Of a DNA stretch of 64,000 nt, positions 24,793 to 37,723 are shown in pieces. Source of the stretch: Squalus acanthias (taxonomy: Eukaryota). A program made the translations under genes and the position numbers. Positions within the stretch are counted from its first letter, which is position 1, and the number at the start of each line of letters is the position of its first letter. The stretch covers positions 111,478,001 to 111,542,000 of the forward strand of contig CM059431.1 of NCBI GenBank assembly GCA_030390025.1, read 5' to 3'. The notes beneath the pieces are model-generated. The model was not told the DNA's origin and did not search any database. It was given only the letters and a program-made list of their open reading frames with translations.

Positions 24793-25899
24793 TTTAAGGC
24801 CTCTGACTTTCAGGAGATATAGAAGAAGGAAATCATCCTTAAGGACCTAAACACAGCAAATTAATTTAGCAGTGATTTAACATTGTAGATTTGGGTTTAC
24901 AAGCAGGAACCATATGATCTGAGGGAGCAATTATGCAACTATCAATTTTTGTCTTGGTGTTACATAACATTCACATTCGATAGTTCCAGTTCACCCCCCA
25001 GCTGATGGCAGTATGGTCAGTCAGTTATACAGTAATGTTCCTGCTCTCTGCTGCTGTGCTCAGGAGGGCTGTTACAAGATGTCTTTTCTCTACCCTCCTC
25101 CAGAAGCCAACGGAAATCAAACTAGATTCCTGCGTCATTGCTGGTTTCCTCCTGTCACTCTCCCCAAGTCTGTCGAAGCACCTGCACTAAATAAATACAT
25201 TTCCAAAAAAAAAGTCGGTAACCAGAGGACACAGATTTAAGGTAATTGACAAAAGAGCCAAAGGTGAGATGAGGAGAATTTTTTTTTTTTACGCAGCCAG
25301 TTATCATCTGGAATGCGCTGCCTGAAAGCAGATTCAACAATAACTTTCAAAAGGGAATTGGATAAATACTTGAAGGGGAGAAAATTGCAGGGCTATGAGG
25401 AAAGAGCGGGGGGGCTGGGACTAATTGGAGAGCTGCTTCAAAGAGCCAGAACAGGCGTGATGGGCCGAATGGCCTCCTTTTGTGCTGCAAGATTCTATAA
25501 GAAAGACTGCTACTCAGTGAATGTGCAGAGGATCTAATGTCAGATCATCAAAGACACCAAGGATGAGGAAAATCACGTGATGGCATGTGATACATTCCAG
25601 TAAGTCAGAGTACACTGGTAAGGTTTCTCTGTTAGACTGCCAGGTCTTGCTATCATTTACCTAGGAATTGGGGAGGTAAAAGCTGGTAGGGGATGCGAGC
25701 TAGGTCCTCTTATGGTAGTGTCAATGATGCCAATTAGTATATCTAGTGTAGTAGTGGCTTGTTGAAGCTTAACGTTGATTTTAGTGATGCCAACTTTGAA
25801 GTCTTCAAACTAATCGTCATTATCTTCCATTACTCCTATTTCCAACAGAGTACTAATATATAGTTAATTTGAACATCCCTCCTCTTGGTCATAATAATT

Positions 25900-26530
25900 T
25901 TCTATACCTTTCATCATTTCCTCTTGGTATATGTATATTTTGCTAGAAAAAGATGCATTCGTGAACACTTTTTCTTCACTTTTGGCATTTAGCATTCACG
26001 ACTCAGTAGTTCTTTGTGCGATCTACTACACATGCCGGATTTTTTTTTCTTCTCTGTCTGCGTGATCTTGTCTACCATGGCTTGTGTTCGTGGTGGATCA
26101 CCTTCTTTGAGCAATAATAGTTGTTGCTGTACTGCTTCTGTCTGACATATCTACATCACTAACACCAGATTTGTGTTTAACTGCACTCTTTCACTGAAAA
26201 CCTCATCGAGTACTCCCAGTGCCTTGACTGTTTCTTCCTTGGACACAACTTGCCTATACTCATATCTGTCAATCAGTGAAGTTCAGGCTCTCGGTGTTGC
26301 TGTTTTACGAGAGTTTGCCCACCCATAAATCACATTTTTTCATTAGCCATCGAACTTCCCCATCAATGTTTCATGCTTTTTTTCTTTCATTGCCTGTTAG
26401 GTTGAATGATGCGAGAAAATCCTCCGCTCTGTCACCCATGCAGCATATCAGTGTGTTTAATTGTCCATCTTCATCTTCATCAGCTGGTCCTGACATGTAC
26501 AATAGCATTGCCACCTTTTGTTTAATATGA
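25900..26530 (-). mobile_element. Decayed Gypsy-like gag relic
   Basis: ...SGPADEDEDGQLNTLICCMGDRAEDFLASFNLT...KNVIY..., resembling Ty3/Gypsy gag N-termini (from memory). Multiple stops. Confidence 0.45.
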
Positions 26531-26580
26531 CCATTTCTCAGGTTGGTATAAAAATTAAATTTCAATGGAATAGATAAAGG

Positions 26581-27250
26581 AACATAGGAACAGGAGTAGG
26601 CCATCGAGCCCCTTGAGCCTGTTCCGCCATTCAATGAGATCATGGCTGATCTGCAACCCAACTCCATATACCCACCTTTGGCCCATATCCCTTAATACCT
26701 TTCGTTAACAAAAAGCTATCAATCTCCGATTTAAAATTAACAATTGATCTAGCACCAATTGCCGTTTGCTGAAGAGAGTTACAAACTTCTACCACCCTTT
26801 GTGTGCAGAAGTGTTTCCTAATTTCACTCCTGAAAGGTCTGGCTCTAATTTTTAGACTATTCCCCCTAGTCCTAGTATCCCCAATCAGCAATAGCATAGC
26901 AATATATTTCGTTTTGCTTGACATTTACTTAGAATTACATAGAAATTACAGCACAGAAACAGGTCATTCGGCCCAACAGGTCTAGGCGCCACATGAGCCT
27001 CCTCCCACCCTACTTCATCTCACCCTAACAGCATATCCTTCTATTCCTTTCTTCCTCATGTACTTATCTAGCTTCCCTTTAAATGCATCTATGCTATTCT
27101 CCTCAGCTACTCATTGTGATAGTGAGTTCCACATTCTAACCACTCTCTGGGTAAAGAAGTTTCTCCTGAATTCCCGACTGGATTTATTGGTGATGATCTT
27201 ATATTTATTTATGGCCCCTTAGTTTTGGACTTCCCCCACAAGTGGAAACA
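26581..27250 (-). mobile_element. Two adjacent CR1 3' fragments (26581-26885 and ~26929-27250)
   Basis: TRGNSLKIRARPFRSEIRKHFCTQRVVEV and CR1 tails. The second resembles 21747-21965. Confidence 0.8.
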
Positions 27251-27537
27251 TCATGCAGCTCACGTTTTGGAAGCCCTGAGTGTTTCACCATCAGAACTTC
27301 CCTGCTTGATCTTTACTTAAGCCTTTCCAATTTTTTTCTTTTTTTTAGCTTACAGAGAGCACTTCAGCAGCTTAGATTAACCACTTCTTTTTTGTTTTCA
27401 GTGGATAAGATCAGACTATGACTCTTGACAGCCATATAACGTTCGGAGATCCAAACGCCACATCGGTTTCGTCCAGAAGCCATTCAAAGAATGTCACTGA
27501 TTTTATTGCAAAGGAAACTAATGGATCACAAAGAACA

Positions 27538-27731
27538 CTGTGGATGCTGAGTCATTGAGTATATTCAAGGCTGAGATCGGTAGATTTTTGGACTCTAGGG
27601 GAATCAAGGGATATGGGGATCGGGCGGGAAAGTGGAGTTGAGGTCGAAGATCAGCCATGATCTTATTGAATGGCGGAGCAGGCTCGAGGGGCCATATGGC
27701 CGACTCCTGCTCCTAATTCTTATGTTCTTAT
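27538..27731 (+). mobile_element. CR1 3' tail
   Basis: Matches ~24598-24792; a similar piece lies at 20385-20526. Confidence 0.8.
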
Positions 27732-28560
27732 AACTCAGATTCATACATACAGATCCATTGCAGTGACATTCTACTCCAAAAGCCCTAAATAATTCTCAAA
27801 CAGCTAATGAGGCACTTGATAGCAAGAATGTCAGAAAGTTCATTAATCCAGCTGTGTAGTCAGCAATAGGAGGAAAGAATGGTCCATACCGTCAGAGAAA
27901 ATCACATTTATTAACCAGGCCCTGCAAAGCCTTGATGAACTCTATTGTGGATCAACATAATGGCATTTTTGGATGGGGCAGGGTTAGCTCTAACTTTCTT
28001 GCATTCAGACATTCTTTCTACAAAATTCGTAACCTTAGTTGTAATACGTTAAAAAAAACTCACATTTTTATATCTTTTGTACCTTTAGCCGTGACGGTTC
28101 TAAGATACAGAAATAGTTTTCAGCCTACAGGTCTATTGTCTTAATCCAGAATGAAAATATTAATGCTATACTTCCTGTACAACTTTTATCTGAAAATAAA
28201 TAGCATTGTCGGTATTTATGTCACTCAACCTGTGTATTTATGTATGTATGTACCCCTACTTATCCCTCCCAAACACACTCATTCACACACATAGGCGGAG
28301 TGATGAGGTGATCAAATTGAATTGCCATAGATGATTGACAGCTACTTCTCCATCCCAATTTCAACAGAAGGCCAATAGACATTGAAGGGCCTCACAATTG
28401 TACATCTGCAGATTTATGTGTCGCATTTGCATTAGATTGTGGCAAATTTCATATAAAACAGCAAGAAATCACAACTGAAAAGATACGAAACATATTGGTT
28501 AAATGTGAAAAAGTGAATAGAAAACCTACCAGTGAGGAACTGCTAAGGACATAGAAAAAT

Positions 28561-28828
28561 GGCCCCGATTTTAACTCCAGGCGGATTCCCCGCTCAGGCC
28601 TGAGTTAAAATTACAGTCAGGTCTCAATGATGTCATCAGGCCACAACATGCATATGTAAAGAAGGACCCTGTTGGCTCCGGGCATGTGTCCTTGCTGCCT
28701 GCTCAGAAGAGCAGGTTAAAATTGCAGATATTGCGATCATGGCGGCTTTCTGACAGGTAAGAGCCAGGGCGATTTTAATTGCCCACCTACCAGGTATCTG
28801 CTGAGCAAGTAGGGTTAAAATCGGCTCC
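28561..28828. mobile_element. Short MITE (268 bp)
   Basis: TIRs GGCCCCGATTTTAAC/GTTAAAATCGGCTCC with AAT TSD. Confidence 0.75.
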
Positions 28829-29026
28829 AATCTAAGATGGGCAGTCAGCAAAATCTATGAATAATAGAAAGAATATATGCCAAATTTTGTGTTACACTTA
28901 TGTCGGATTGGCTTAAATTTCATATTCACTAAACAGTACACTATAACTAAAGAGGTAGGGAACATAAAAATTAAATGCAATGAAAGTGGGTAGAAAACAA
29001 CCTGTGAGAACCTACTAAGATCACAT

Positions 29027-29346
29027 GAGAACATAAGACCATAAGACGTAGGAGCAGGAGTAGGTCATTTGGCCCCTCGAGCCTGCTCCGCCATTCAATA
29101 ATCTGATCTTGGCCTCAACTCCACTTCCCTGCCCGCTCCCCATAACCCTTGACTCCCTTACCATTCACAAATCTGTCTATCTCCACCTTAAATATATTCA
29201 ATGACCCAGCCTCCACAGCTCTCTGGGGAAGAGAATTCCAAAGATTCACGACCCTCTGAGAGAAGAAATTCCTCCTCATTTCCGTTTTAAATGGGTGCCC
29301 CCTTATTCTGAAATTATGCCCCCGAGTTCCAGATACCCCCACGAGG
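29027..29346 (-). mobile_element. CR1 3' fragment
   Basis: TRGHNFRIRGHPFKTEMRRNFFSQRVVNLWNSLP plus tail. Confidence 0.85.
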
Positions 29347-30865
29347 AGGAGAATAGTGAAAAGTCACTGCAACTTACAAATAAAAGAGGAACCAGTCCAA
29401 TCGCTCCAAATATTCTCAGAAAATCCCTTTTGCCACCCTCTTTGTCCTTCCACTAATCAAAGTAATTATTATTTTTTAATGTTTTTATAAAAAATGATAT
29501 ACAACAGCAAATGTAGGAGTGCTATACGGAGGAGGTCTTCTGGTCTGATGACCCACCTCGACGGTAGCAAATATTTGGCACGTGCTCAACAGCTGCCAAT
29601 TTTGTGGATTGCAGTGAAGGAAATGTTCAAAAAGGGGATGAAATGTTGGTATAATTTTTGCTTCTGCTAGCTAAGTGTATTATACCATTCAAGAGAAAGA
29701 AAAGTCTCATTAGCTTCTGAGAATAGGACCACCTTCTTAATTGTGCAGCCCCAAGGTCAAATGCATGGCAGTCTGTTTCAAAGGTAAATTAACATTATAA
29801 CGTGCGTGCCAGTTTGTCATGTGACAAAGTGCCACATAATTAGGAACATGTGTCAGCTCTCCGATCCACGCTAAAGCCCCGAGTTCTTTGGGAAACCACA
29901 AGCAGGATCGCTCAGAGCAATGGATCACTTTTCCATTATATTTGATTTACTTTTATGGGCACACTTATGCCAAGAGCCCTCATGGAGTCAGTAAATTTGT
30001 CTCTAAAGTAATATCGTAGCTGTTTTGTAATTTTATTTTTTACAGCTTGCAATATAACAAAATCAATAGAAAATTCTAATTGAAAAAAGTATTCCACTGA
30101 TACAAATTTACAAGTATTGCAACAGATACTATATTGGCTGAAAGGTTTGATTAGGGCATGAGCAAACACTGTCGCACATCCCTTATGGATCTGACTTAGA
30201 TTCTGCGGTGGGAATATTATGGCTGAATCAAAAGACTTTAAAAAAAAACCTGTAAAAAGAGCAATTACTATTTAAACATGTAAATCAATGGAAATGGTTA
30301 GAAGTAGCACAGTATATGCTACAGGGATCATTTAATTAGTAAAGCAAAACTCATCATTTTAGTGGTTATTATTGCTTACTCAATAACGAGCAGACTAACT
30401 CCCAAACATAATTCAGCCATTGTGATGAAGCCACCTCAAGCAGCGATCAGCGTAATCGTCAGAAAAAAAACTTCTTATAGTATTGATTTCTCTATCACAA
30501 TTCTTCTTTGGAAATGCTAGATTGTAAGGTGTTTACTGAAAGCTGAAGGTGTCAGGGTAAATTTTGCAAAGTGCTGCTCCCAAGCAGGGAGTCTCAGTTG
30601 ATGACAGCACAGATCAGAGAACTGGACACAAGAGATCAGCAGGAATCATTTTCATCGATGGAAAACCAGGAGCCTTGTGAATCAGGCCTGCTGAGTTCCT
30701 TTCCCTTCTCTCATTCAGTCAGGCTTCACACCAGAAATGGAGCCTCATAAAATTAAGGCAACAAAATACAACCTTGTCAATTCGCCCGCACCCCACCAAT
30801 GAATAATAAAAATTAAATGATGCAATCTAGTGGTAGTTAAAAAGTACTAAGTAATCTTTTCCTAA

Positions 30866-33006
30866 TTGGTCTCCATCGGTCTCGCGGCAGACACAGAGGA
30901 ATTCATCAGGAGAATGAGGATCCAGGAATACTACCACAAATCCCAAGATGTCAGCAACAAACCCAATGAGACAATCAATGATCCGGAACAGCAGACAGAG
31001 GGAACCGCAGTGCAGCAACCGAAGAAGAGTCAAATTGGACCCCTCCGGAGGGTCGCTGCCCTAAGCTTGACATGTATGCTCAAGCTGTCAGGAAATGCAT
31101 CAACGCCAGATTCATCAGCCGCACTCACAAGACAGTCCAGAATGTCACCCGAACACAACGCAACGCCATCCACGCTCTCAAGACCAACCGCAACATCGTC
31201 ATCAAACCAGCGGACAAAGGAGGAGCCATCGTCATACAGAACAGAATGGACTATTGCAAAGAAGCATACCGACAACTGGACAACCAGGAACACTACAGAC
31301 AGTTACCCGCAGATCCGACCAAAGAACACACCCGCCAACTCAACAGACTGATCAAGACCTTCGATCCAGACCTTCAAAGCATCCTACGCGCTCTCATCCC
31401 ACGTACTCCCCGCGTGGGAGACTTCTACTGCCTCCCAAAGATACACAAAGACAACACACACGGACGTCCTATCGTATCAGGCAACGGAACCCTGTGTGAG
31501 AACCTCTCTGGGTACGTCAAGGGCATCCTGAAACCCATCGTACAGGGAACCCCCAGCTTCTGTCGCGACACTACAGACTTCTTACAGAAACTCAGCACCC
31601 ATGGACCAGTTGAACCAGGAACACTCCTCGCCACGATGGACGTATCGGCACTCTACACCAGTATCCCCCATGATGACGGCATCGCTGCGACAGCCTCAGT
31701 ACTCAACACCAACAACAGCCAATCTCCAGACGCCATCCTACAACTCATCCGCTTCATCCTTGACCACAATGTCTTCACCTTCGACAACCAGTTTTTTACC
31801 CAAACACACGGAACAGCCATGGGGACCAAATTTGCACCCCAATACGCCAACATCTTCATGCACAAGTTCGAGCAAGACTTCTTCGCTGCACAGGACCTCC
31901 AACCAATGCTGTACACCAGATACATCGACGACATCTTCTTCCTTTGGACCCACGGCGAAGGATCACTGAAAGGACTACACGATAACATCAACAGGTTCCA
32001 TCCCACCATCAAACTCACCATGGACTACTCCTCAGAATCGGTTTCATTCTTGGACACACGAATCTCCATCAAAGACGGACACCTCAGCACTTCACTCTAC
32101 CGCAAGCCCACGGACAACCTCACGATGCTCCACTTCTCCAGCTTCCACCCTAACCACGTTAAAGAAGCCATCCCCTATGGACAAGCCCTGCGAATACACA
32201 GGATCTGCTCAGACGAGGAGGAACGTGATGGACACCTACGGACGCTGAAAGACGCCCTCGTAAGAACGGGGTATGACGCTCGACTCGTCGATCAACAATT
32301 CCGACGGGCCACAGCGAAAAATCGCATAGACCTCCTCAGAAGGCGAACATGGGACACAACCAACAGAGTACCCTACGTCGTCCAGTACTTCCCCGGAGTG
32401 GAGAAACTACGCCATGGTCTTCGCAGCCTTCAACATGTCATCGATGACGACGAACACCTTGCTAAGGCCATCCCCACGCCTCCACTACTCGCCTTCAAGC
32501 AGCTGCCTAACCTCAAAAGTACCATCGTTCCCAGCAAATTACCCAGCTGTCAGGAGAACAGCGACCACGACACCACACAACCCTGCCACGGCAACCTCTG
32601 CAAGACATGCCAGATCATCAACACAGATACCATCATCACACGTGAGGACACTACCCACCAGGTACATGGTACATACTCATGTGACTCGGCCAACGTTGTC
32701 TACCTCATACGTTGCAGGAAAGAATGCACCGCGGCATGGTACATCGGCGAGACCATGCAGACACTGAGACAACGTATGAATGGACACCGCACAACAATCG
32801 CCAGGCAGGATTGTTACCTCCCAGTCGGGGAACACTTCAGCAGTCAAGGACATCCAGCCTCGGATCTGCGGGTTAGCGTTCTCCAAGGCAGCCTTCGAGA
32901 CACACGACAACGCAAAATCATCGAGCAGAAACTGATAGCCAAGTGCCGCACCCATGAGGACGGCCTCAACCGGGATCTCGGTTTCATGTCACGCTACAGA
33001 ACGTGA
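30866..33006 (+). mobile_element. Penelope-like retroelement (RT plus GIY-YIG endonuclease), 5'-truncated
   Basis: 644-aa ORF at 31072-33006 with IKPADKGG, GRPIVS, MDVSALYTSI, GTAMG, YTRYIDDIF, a Cys linker (PCHGNLCKTC), and VVYLIRC...WYIGET...RMNGHR. An upstream segment joins through one frameshift at ~31022-31027. Confidence 0.93.
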
Positions 33007-33279
33007 CTCGACATCGTTGTCTGGTTCACAGGTGTGATTTCCAGTTTTAAAAAAAAAGTTAAAAGCTTAACTGCAGACTGTAACAACTTGCTGTGCAGAA
33101 AAATTCTCCTCATTTCCCAATTATCTTAAATCTGTGTCCTCTGGTTACCGACCGTTCTGCCAGTGGAAACAGTTTCTCCCCATCTACTCTATAGAAAATA
33201 AACCCTCATAATGTTGAATTAGGAGAGTAGGACAATCATTTGATCAATAAACCTGTGAACTGTAACTGGTTAAAATGGT

Positions 33280-33285
33280 TTTATT
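33280..33285 (-). terminator. Candidate distal poly(A) signal of TBC1D4
   Basis: AATAAA on the minus strand ~1.56 kb past the stop, near the end of a mostly repeat-poor tract. Alternative AATAAA at 33805-33810 and 34264-34269. Confidence 0.45.
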
Positions 33286-34845
33286 TCACAGCCACATTCC
33301 AGCGAAATACGTCATTTATAGACAGAAGAGTTGAGTTCAAGCAGAACCCTGTTACTTTAGGATTGATCTTCATCACCATTGAGCTAAAGGAGCCTGCATT
33401 GTGTTGAAGTAATCTCACTCTTTTTCAGCATCCTTTGTTACTCTGAGAAGAGGGTTTTTGCCTTAAAAGGCGTATTTACAAAATGTATGCACTCTGCAAG
33501 TTTGCAGGGCTATGGGGAAAAAGCTGAGGTGTGCGACTAAATTGGACAGCTCTTTTCAAGAGCCGGCACAGGCACGATGGGCCGAATGGCCTCCTTCTGT
33601 GCTATGATTCTGCAAACTCCAGATTGTTTGAGGCGCTTCTAGGAATGAGTGCAATGCTCTTCACACCGGTGTATTCTGTTAGAACATGACCACACAATTG
33701 GTATTAAAATATAACTTATTTTTGGTGGATACCAGTCTGAAAAATAAGGACAATTCCATACATTTTAGTTCACTACAACCAGCGGTTTGAAGTCATCTTC
33801 TTCTTTTATTTGAATTTCTTTGAGTTGGCCTGTTGCAAGATGTTTCAAACACCATCAGACAGCATAAAGGAGAAAATAGGCTTTGTTTTACAGAACCCGC
33901 ACCGTTACATAGTATACAGACATCACTTTATATGATTTGGTTACATTGATAACAAACGCGCACACAGTGGAGAATTAAACACTGTGGAGATCAATGGTTG
34001 GAAGAAACGGGAGTGGCAGTTCCAATTTTTTTGATTTCCTTTCTTAATATTGTCCGTCTTCGGACTTTAGCCAGTTACGTTGCATAGGGAAGAGGCTCTG
34101 ATTCACTGGCGCACCACGGCACCAGCTGACCTGAAAGCGGTAGGATTTGGCACTTTGCAAGTACTGGTGTTTAAAGGGGAGCTGGTTAAATGCCGCCCTG
34201 TCCCTTTCTTCAACAGCAGCCAACCATTTGCAGTCGTGAAGAAATGAACTGTTTTGATTATTTTTTATTTCCCACCGTTAAGAGAGGTTTCGGATTAGAA
34301 ACGCGCAGTTCTTTTGGAGAGGAAACACATTCTTTATAATTTTTTTTCCAAAATCACGTTTTTTTCGCCCCCCCCCCCACCCCGACATTTACCGACATGA
34401 TTTTTCAACAAGTCGACTACCATCCTCACCCCGGTAACTAAATATGGCAGGAAGAGAAGAATTGTCACCGAACCGTCACCTTGTTCTTTTGTTTTAATAA
34501 TCAAATAGCTCCCCTTGCTGAAGTACAACAAGAAGAGACACAACAGAAGCCGTAGTCAGGAGACATTTTTCAGTTTCCAACCGTGATGCTAAAATTACTA
34601 AACACCGAATAACCCAGCTGAAGGAGTGTTAAAGTTGTTTTTTTTTTTAAAATAAAAGAACATTTTGGATGCCACACTTCCTACATTCCCCATACTTACA
34701 ATTCAAAGGCCTTCATACAATTGCTCCTGGGCCACATACCGTGTAACGCAGTGGCTCAGAGGCCTAGTAAAGCATGCACTTTCCTCATCATAATGGCTAG
34801 TGGGCTCCTACTGCTGCGCTCCCCTTGCTTTTGCTCTTCCCCTTT

Positions 34846-35121
34846 TCATGGCTTATTATTTCCTATTTTAATTTTGCTACTGTCCACCTCCTCATCCATC
34901 GCTTCCGGCTTTCTTGAGAAGAGAAGCCCCGAGTTCTTCCTTGGCAGAAGCTCCCCGTCGGACAGGGCGTCCGGGGGCAAATATTTGCGCATGTGTTCGA
35001 TAGTCTTTAAGTGCGTCTGCTTTTCCTGCTCCATCGTACGGATCAGGAGCTTCATTTTACTTTCTCGGCTCAAGATGCTCTCAATGCTGGCTTCCAGGTT
35101 CTGTATTTTGAAGCGGGTGGC
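34846..35121 (-). CDS. TBC1D4: TBC1D4 terminal coding exon (coiled-coil tail and stop)
   Basis: ATRFKIQNLEASIESILSRESKMKLLIRTMEQEK...KIKIGNNKP* with acceptor CCACAG|GCC. The KIG-N-KP terminus resembles TBC1D4 rather than TBC1D1 (from memory). Confidence 0.92.
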   Translation of the reverse strand, partial: ATRFKIQNLEASIESILSRESKMKLLIRTMEQEKQTHLKTIEHMRKYLPPDALSDGELLPRKNSGLLFSRKPEAMDEEVDSSKIKIGNNKP

Positions 35122-36034
35122 CTGTGGAATGAAGTAGGAAGGCACTGCTTAGCGGCTTATTACTGATACAGAGAACAAACAGAGCAGGCAGTACAGTAGT
35201 AGCCCTTTTACCAGAGCGTGTGCACCCGCGTGACTCCCGGTCAAAGTACAGTGTTGGCACCTTTTTTCACCTCTTCCTTTTTTTTATTGTCCTCTTATTT
35301 TCTTCTTCTTTTCTGCTGGCTTCTCCTGAAGTTCCAGAGACACGGCCATCCCTCTGCACCTCCCCTAAGTTGCCATTCTTCACGCGCGGCTTTCCCGGGC
35401 GTGCTGGCAGGCTATTTGACCATGGAGGGGATGATGGCATCACAGCCTAGCTTGATCCGATCTTCATCAGCCTTCCACATACGTATGCTTTATAGCAGGA
35501 GTCGTGGAATCGTGATCAAGAGAGGGAATCCTGACTGATTTTATCTCCCTACCCCTCCCCCACTGTCTTACCCCACAAGCCCAGGATCACCTGTGGTCAG
35601 CTACCTCCGCACAGATCATCGCTCTATCTGGGCCCATTCCTATACGGCTCAGTTCCACACCGGGCAGTGCTTAGAATCACTATGGGCTGCTGGGGGCAAG
35701 GTTCAGCAAATAAACCCCCGATAGAGGGAATCATCTCAAGTCCCCAACTCCAGGAAAATACATGTGTGTGGAATTCATTTTAACCTGGTCCAAAGCACTT
35801 ACATAAACCATACCCTAATTTTTAAATTTGAAGTACCATTGGGCTAGACCTTTTCCCATTGGGCAAGTGGTAAAATCTTACCATGCTATTGGGTAAATGT
35901 TTCGGGTCTTCACCCGCTGCCAGCACATATTGGACCACCCGCGATTTTCCAATCAGCCAAGGTATGTCGCCATGGGTTTCGACTTGGAAAAATTTGCCCT
36001 CATATTTCTGATTTTGCTACTGGTAGTAAACATT

Positions 36035-36795
36035 GGCCCAGAAATTCGGCCGAATACGGGAGAGTACGCACTGTGTACTCACCCGTATTCGGTCCCGAAG
36101 TGCCGGTTTCCTGCATGCACTGCGCATGCGCGGGAAACCGGCACTTCCGATATGGTGAAGGGGGCGGTTCCTAGGTGAACCGCGTGCGCACTACAGGCTG
36201 TGCGCACGCAGCACACTTAGGTTTTTTTTCAGGTTTGAACGCGAAGGTAAGTATGGAAGATTTTACACATGAAAAAAGGAAGCATAAGACCCCCTTTTAA
36301 CAAGGTAAGTAGTTAATTAAGTATTATTTTAAATTTTTTCAACAGGTTTATCTTTTTTAGAGACTTTAAAGAAAGGTAAGTTTATTTTTATAACTTTTAA
36401 AAAGAATTTAAATTTTTGCAAAAATTTAATTCTTGTTTAAAGTGGTTAATTTATTTAACTATAGTTATTTTATTAATGTGATGGTTTTTTTTTAATTTAA
36501 TTGAGGTTTAGCTGTTCTTTTGGGGGCAATTTGTATTCATAGTTTTGACAGTTCTCCTGTCAAAACTATGAATGAAAGATGGTGTGCTGCCATTGGCTCT
36601 CCATGACCCACGTGATCCCAGAGGTCGCATCGAACTAACTGCGCCTCTGGGACACGCACACACTGCGCGCCGGCACCAGGGAGAGGCCCAGGACCAGAAG
36701 TTCGTGTGGGCCCGAAACAGAACGGCAGGCGCGGTAGGTAAGATCGCGCGCGATCCTTACCCCCGCGGCAAGCCGGAGAGGCCAATTTCTGGGCC
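36035..36795 (+). mobile_element. Harbinger-type MITE, family B, copy 1
   Basis: Perfect 12-bp TIR GGCCCAGAAATT/AATTTCTGGGCC, ATT TSD, AT-rich core. Confidence 0.88.
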
Positions 36796-36805
36796 ATTAA
36801 CTTCT

Positions 36806-37723
36806 AGGCTGAGCTTAGCCTGGTTGGCAGCACTCTCACCCTCTGAGTCAGAAGCTTGCGCATTCAAACCCTATTCCATATCTTAAGCACATAATCTGGG
36901 CTGCCACTTCCGTTCAGTGCTGAGGGAGGGCTGCAGTGTTGGAGGTGCCGTCTCTCGGATGAGACATTAAACCAAGGTCCCTTCTGCCTTTTCAAAATAT
37001 TAAGGATCCCGTGGCACTATTTGAAGAAGAGGAAGAGTTTTCCCCATGTCCTGGACAGCATTTATCCCCTAGCCAATACCATCAAAGTAGACTAAGTTGT
37101 CAATGGACTCAACTGCTTTTTGTGGGATCTTGCCATGAGCAAACTGACTGTTACATTTCTCAACAAAACACTGACTACAATTCACAAGGAACTCATTGAC
37201 TGTGAGGCCTTAGGGATTCCTGAGGACATAAAATGCACTATACAGATGCAAATTATTTATTTATTTATTTATTTCATTGTCAGCTGTGGCTCAGTGGGTA
37301 GCACACTCGCCTCTGAGTCAGAAGGTTGTGGGTTCAAGTCCCACTCCAAGGACTTGAGCACATAAAGCTAGGCTGACACTCCAGTGCAGTGCTGAGGGAG
37401 TACTACACTGTCGGAGGTGCCGTCTTTCGGATTAGACGTTAAACCGAGGCCCCGTCTGCTCTCTCAGGTGAACGTAAAAGATCCCATGGCACTATTTTGA
37501 AGAGCAGGGGAGTTATCCCCAGTGTCCTAGCCAATATTTATCCCTCAACCAACATAACAAAAACAGATTATCTGGTCACTGTCACATTGCTGTTTGTGGC
37601 GAATTGGCTGCCGCGTTTCCTACATTACAACAGTGACTCCACTTCGAAAAAGTACCTCATTAGCTGTAAAGCGCTTTGAGATGTCCGGTGGTCGTGAAAG
37701 GCGCTATACAAATGCAAGTCTTT
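36806..37723 (+). mobile_element. Two tandem SINEs of the same family (older ~36806-37275 with a (TTTA)n tail; younger 37279-37723)
   Basis: A box TGGCTCAGTGG, B box GGTTCAAGTCC, conserved body, tail GGCGCTATACAAATGCAAGTC. Confidence 0.85.

Noticed and set aside
34721..35137. 138-aa plus-strand ORF
   Set aside because: Antisense shadow of the TBC1D4 last exon, with no recognisable motif and a non-ATG start.
37279..37350. tRNA gene (also at 43329, 55114, 62847)
   Set aside because: The A/B boxes are SINE heads that continue into a ~450-bp shared body and a LINE-like tail.
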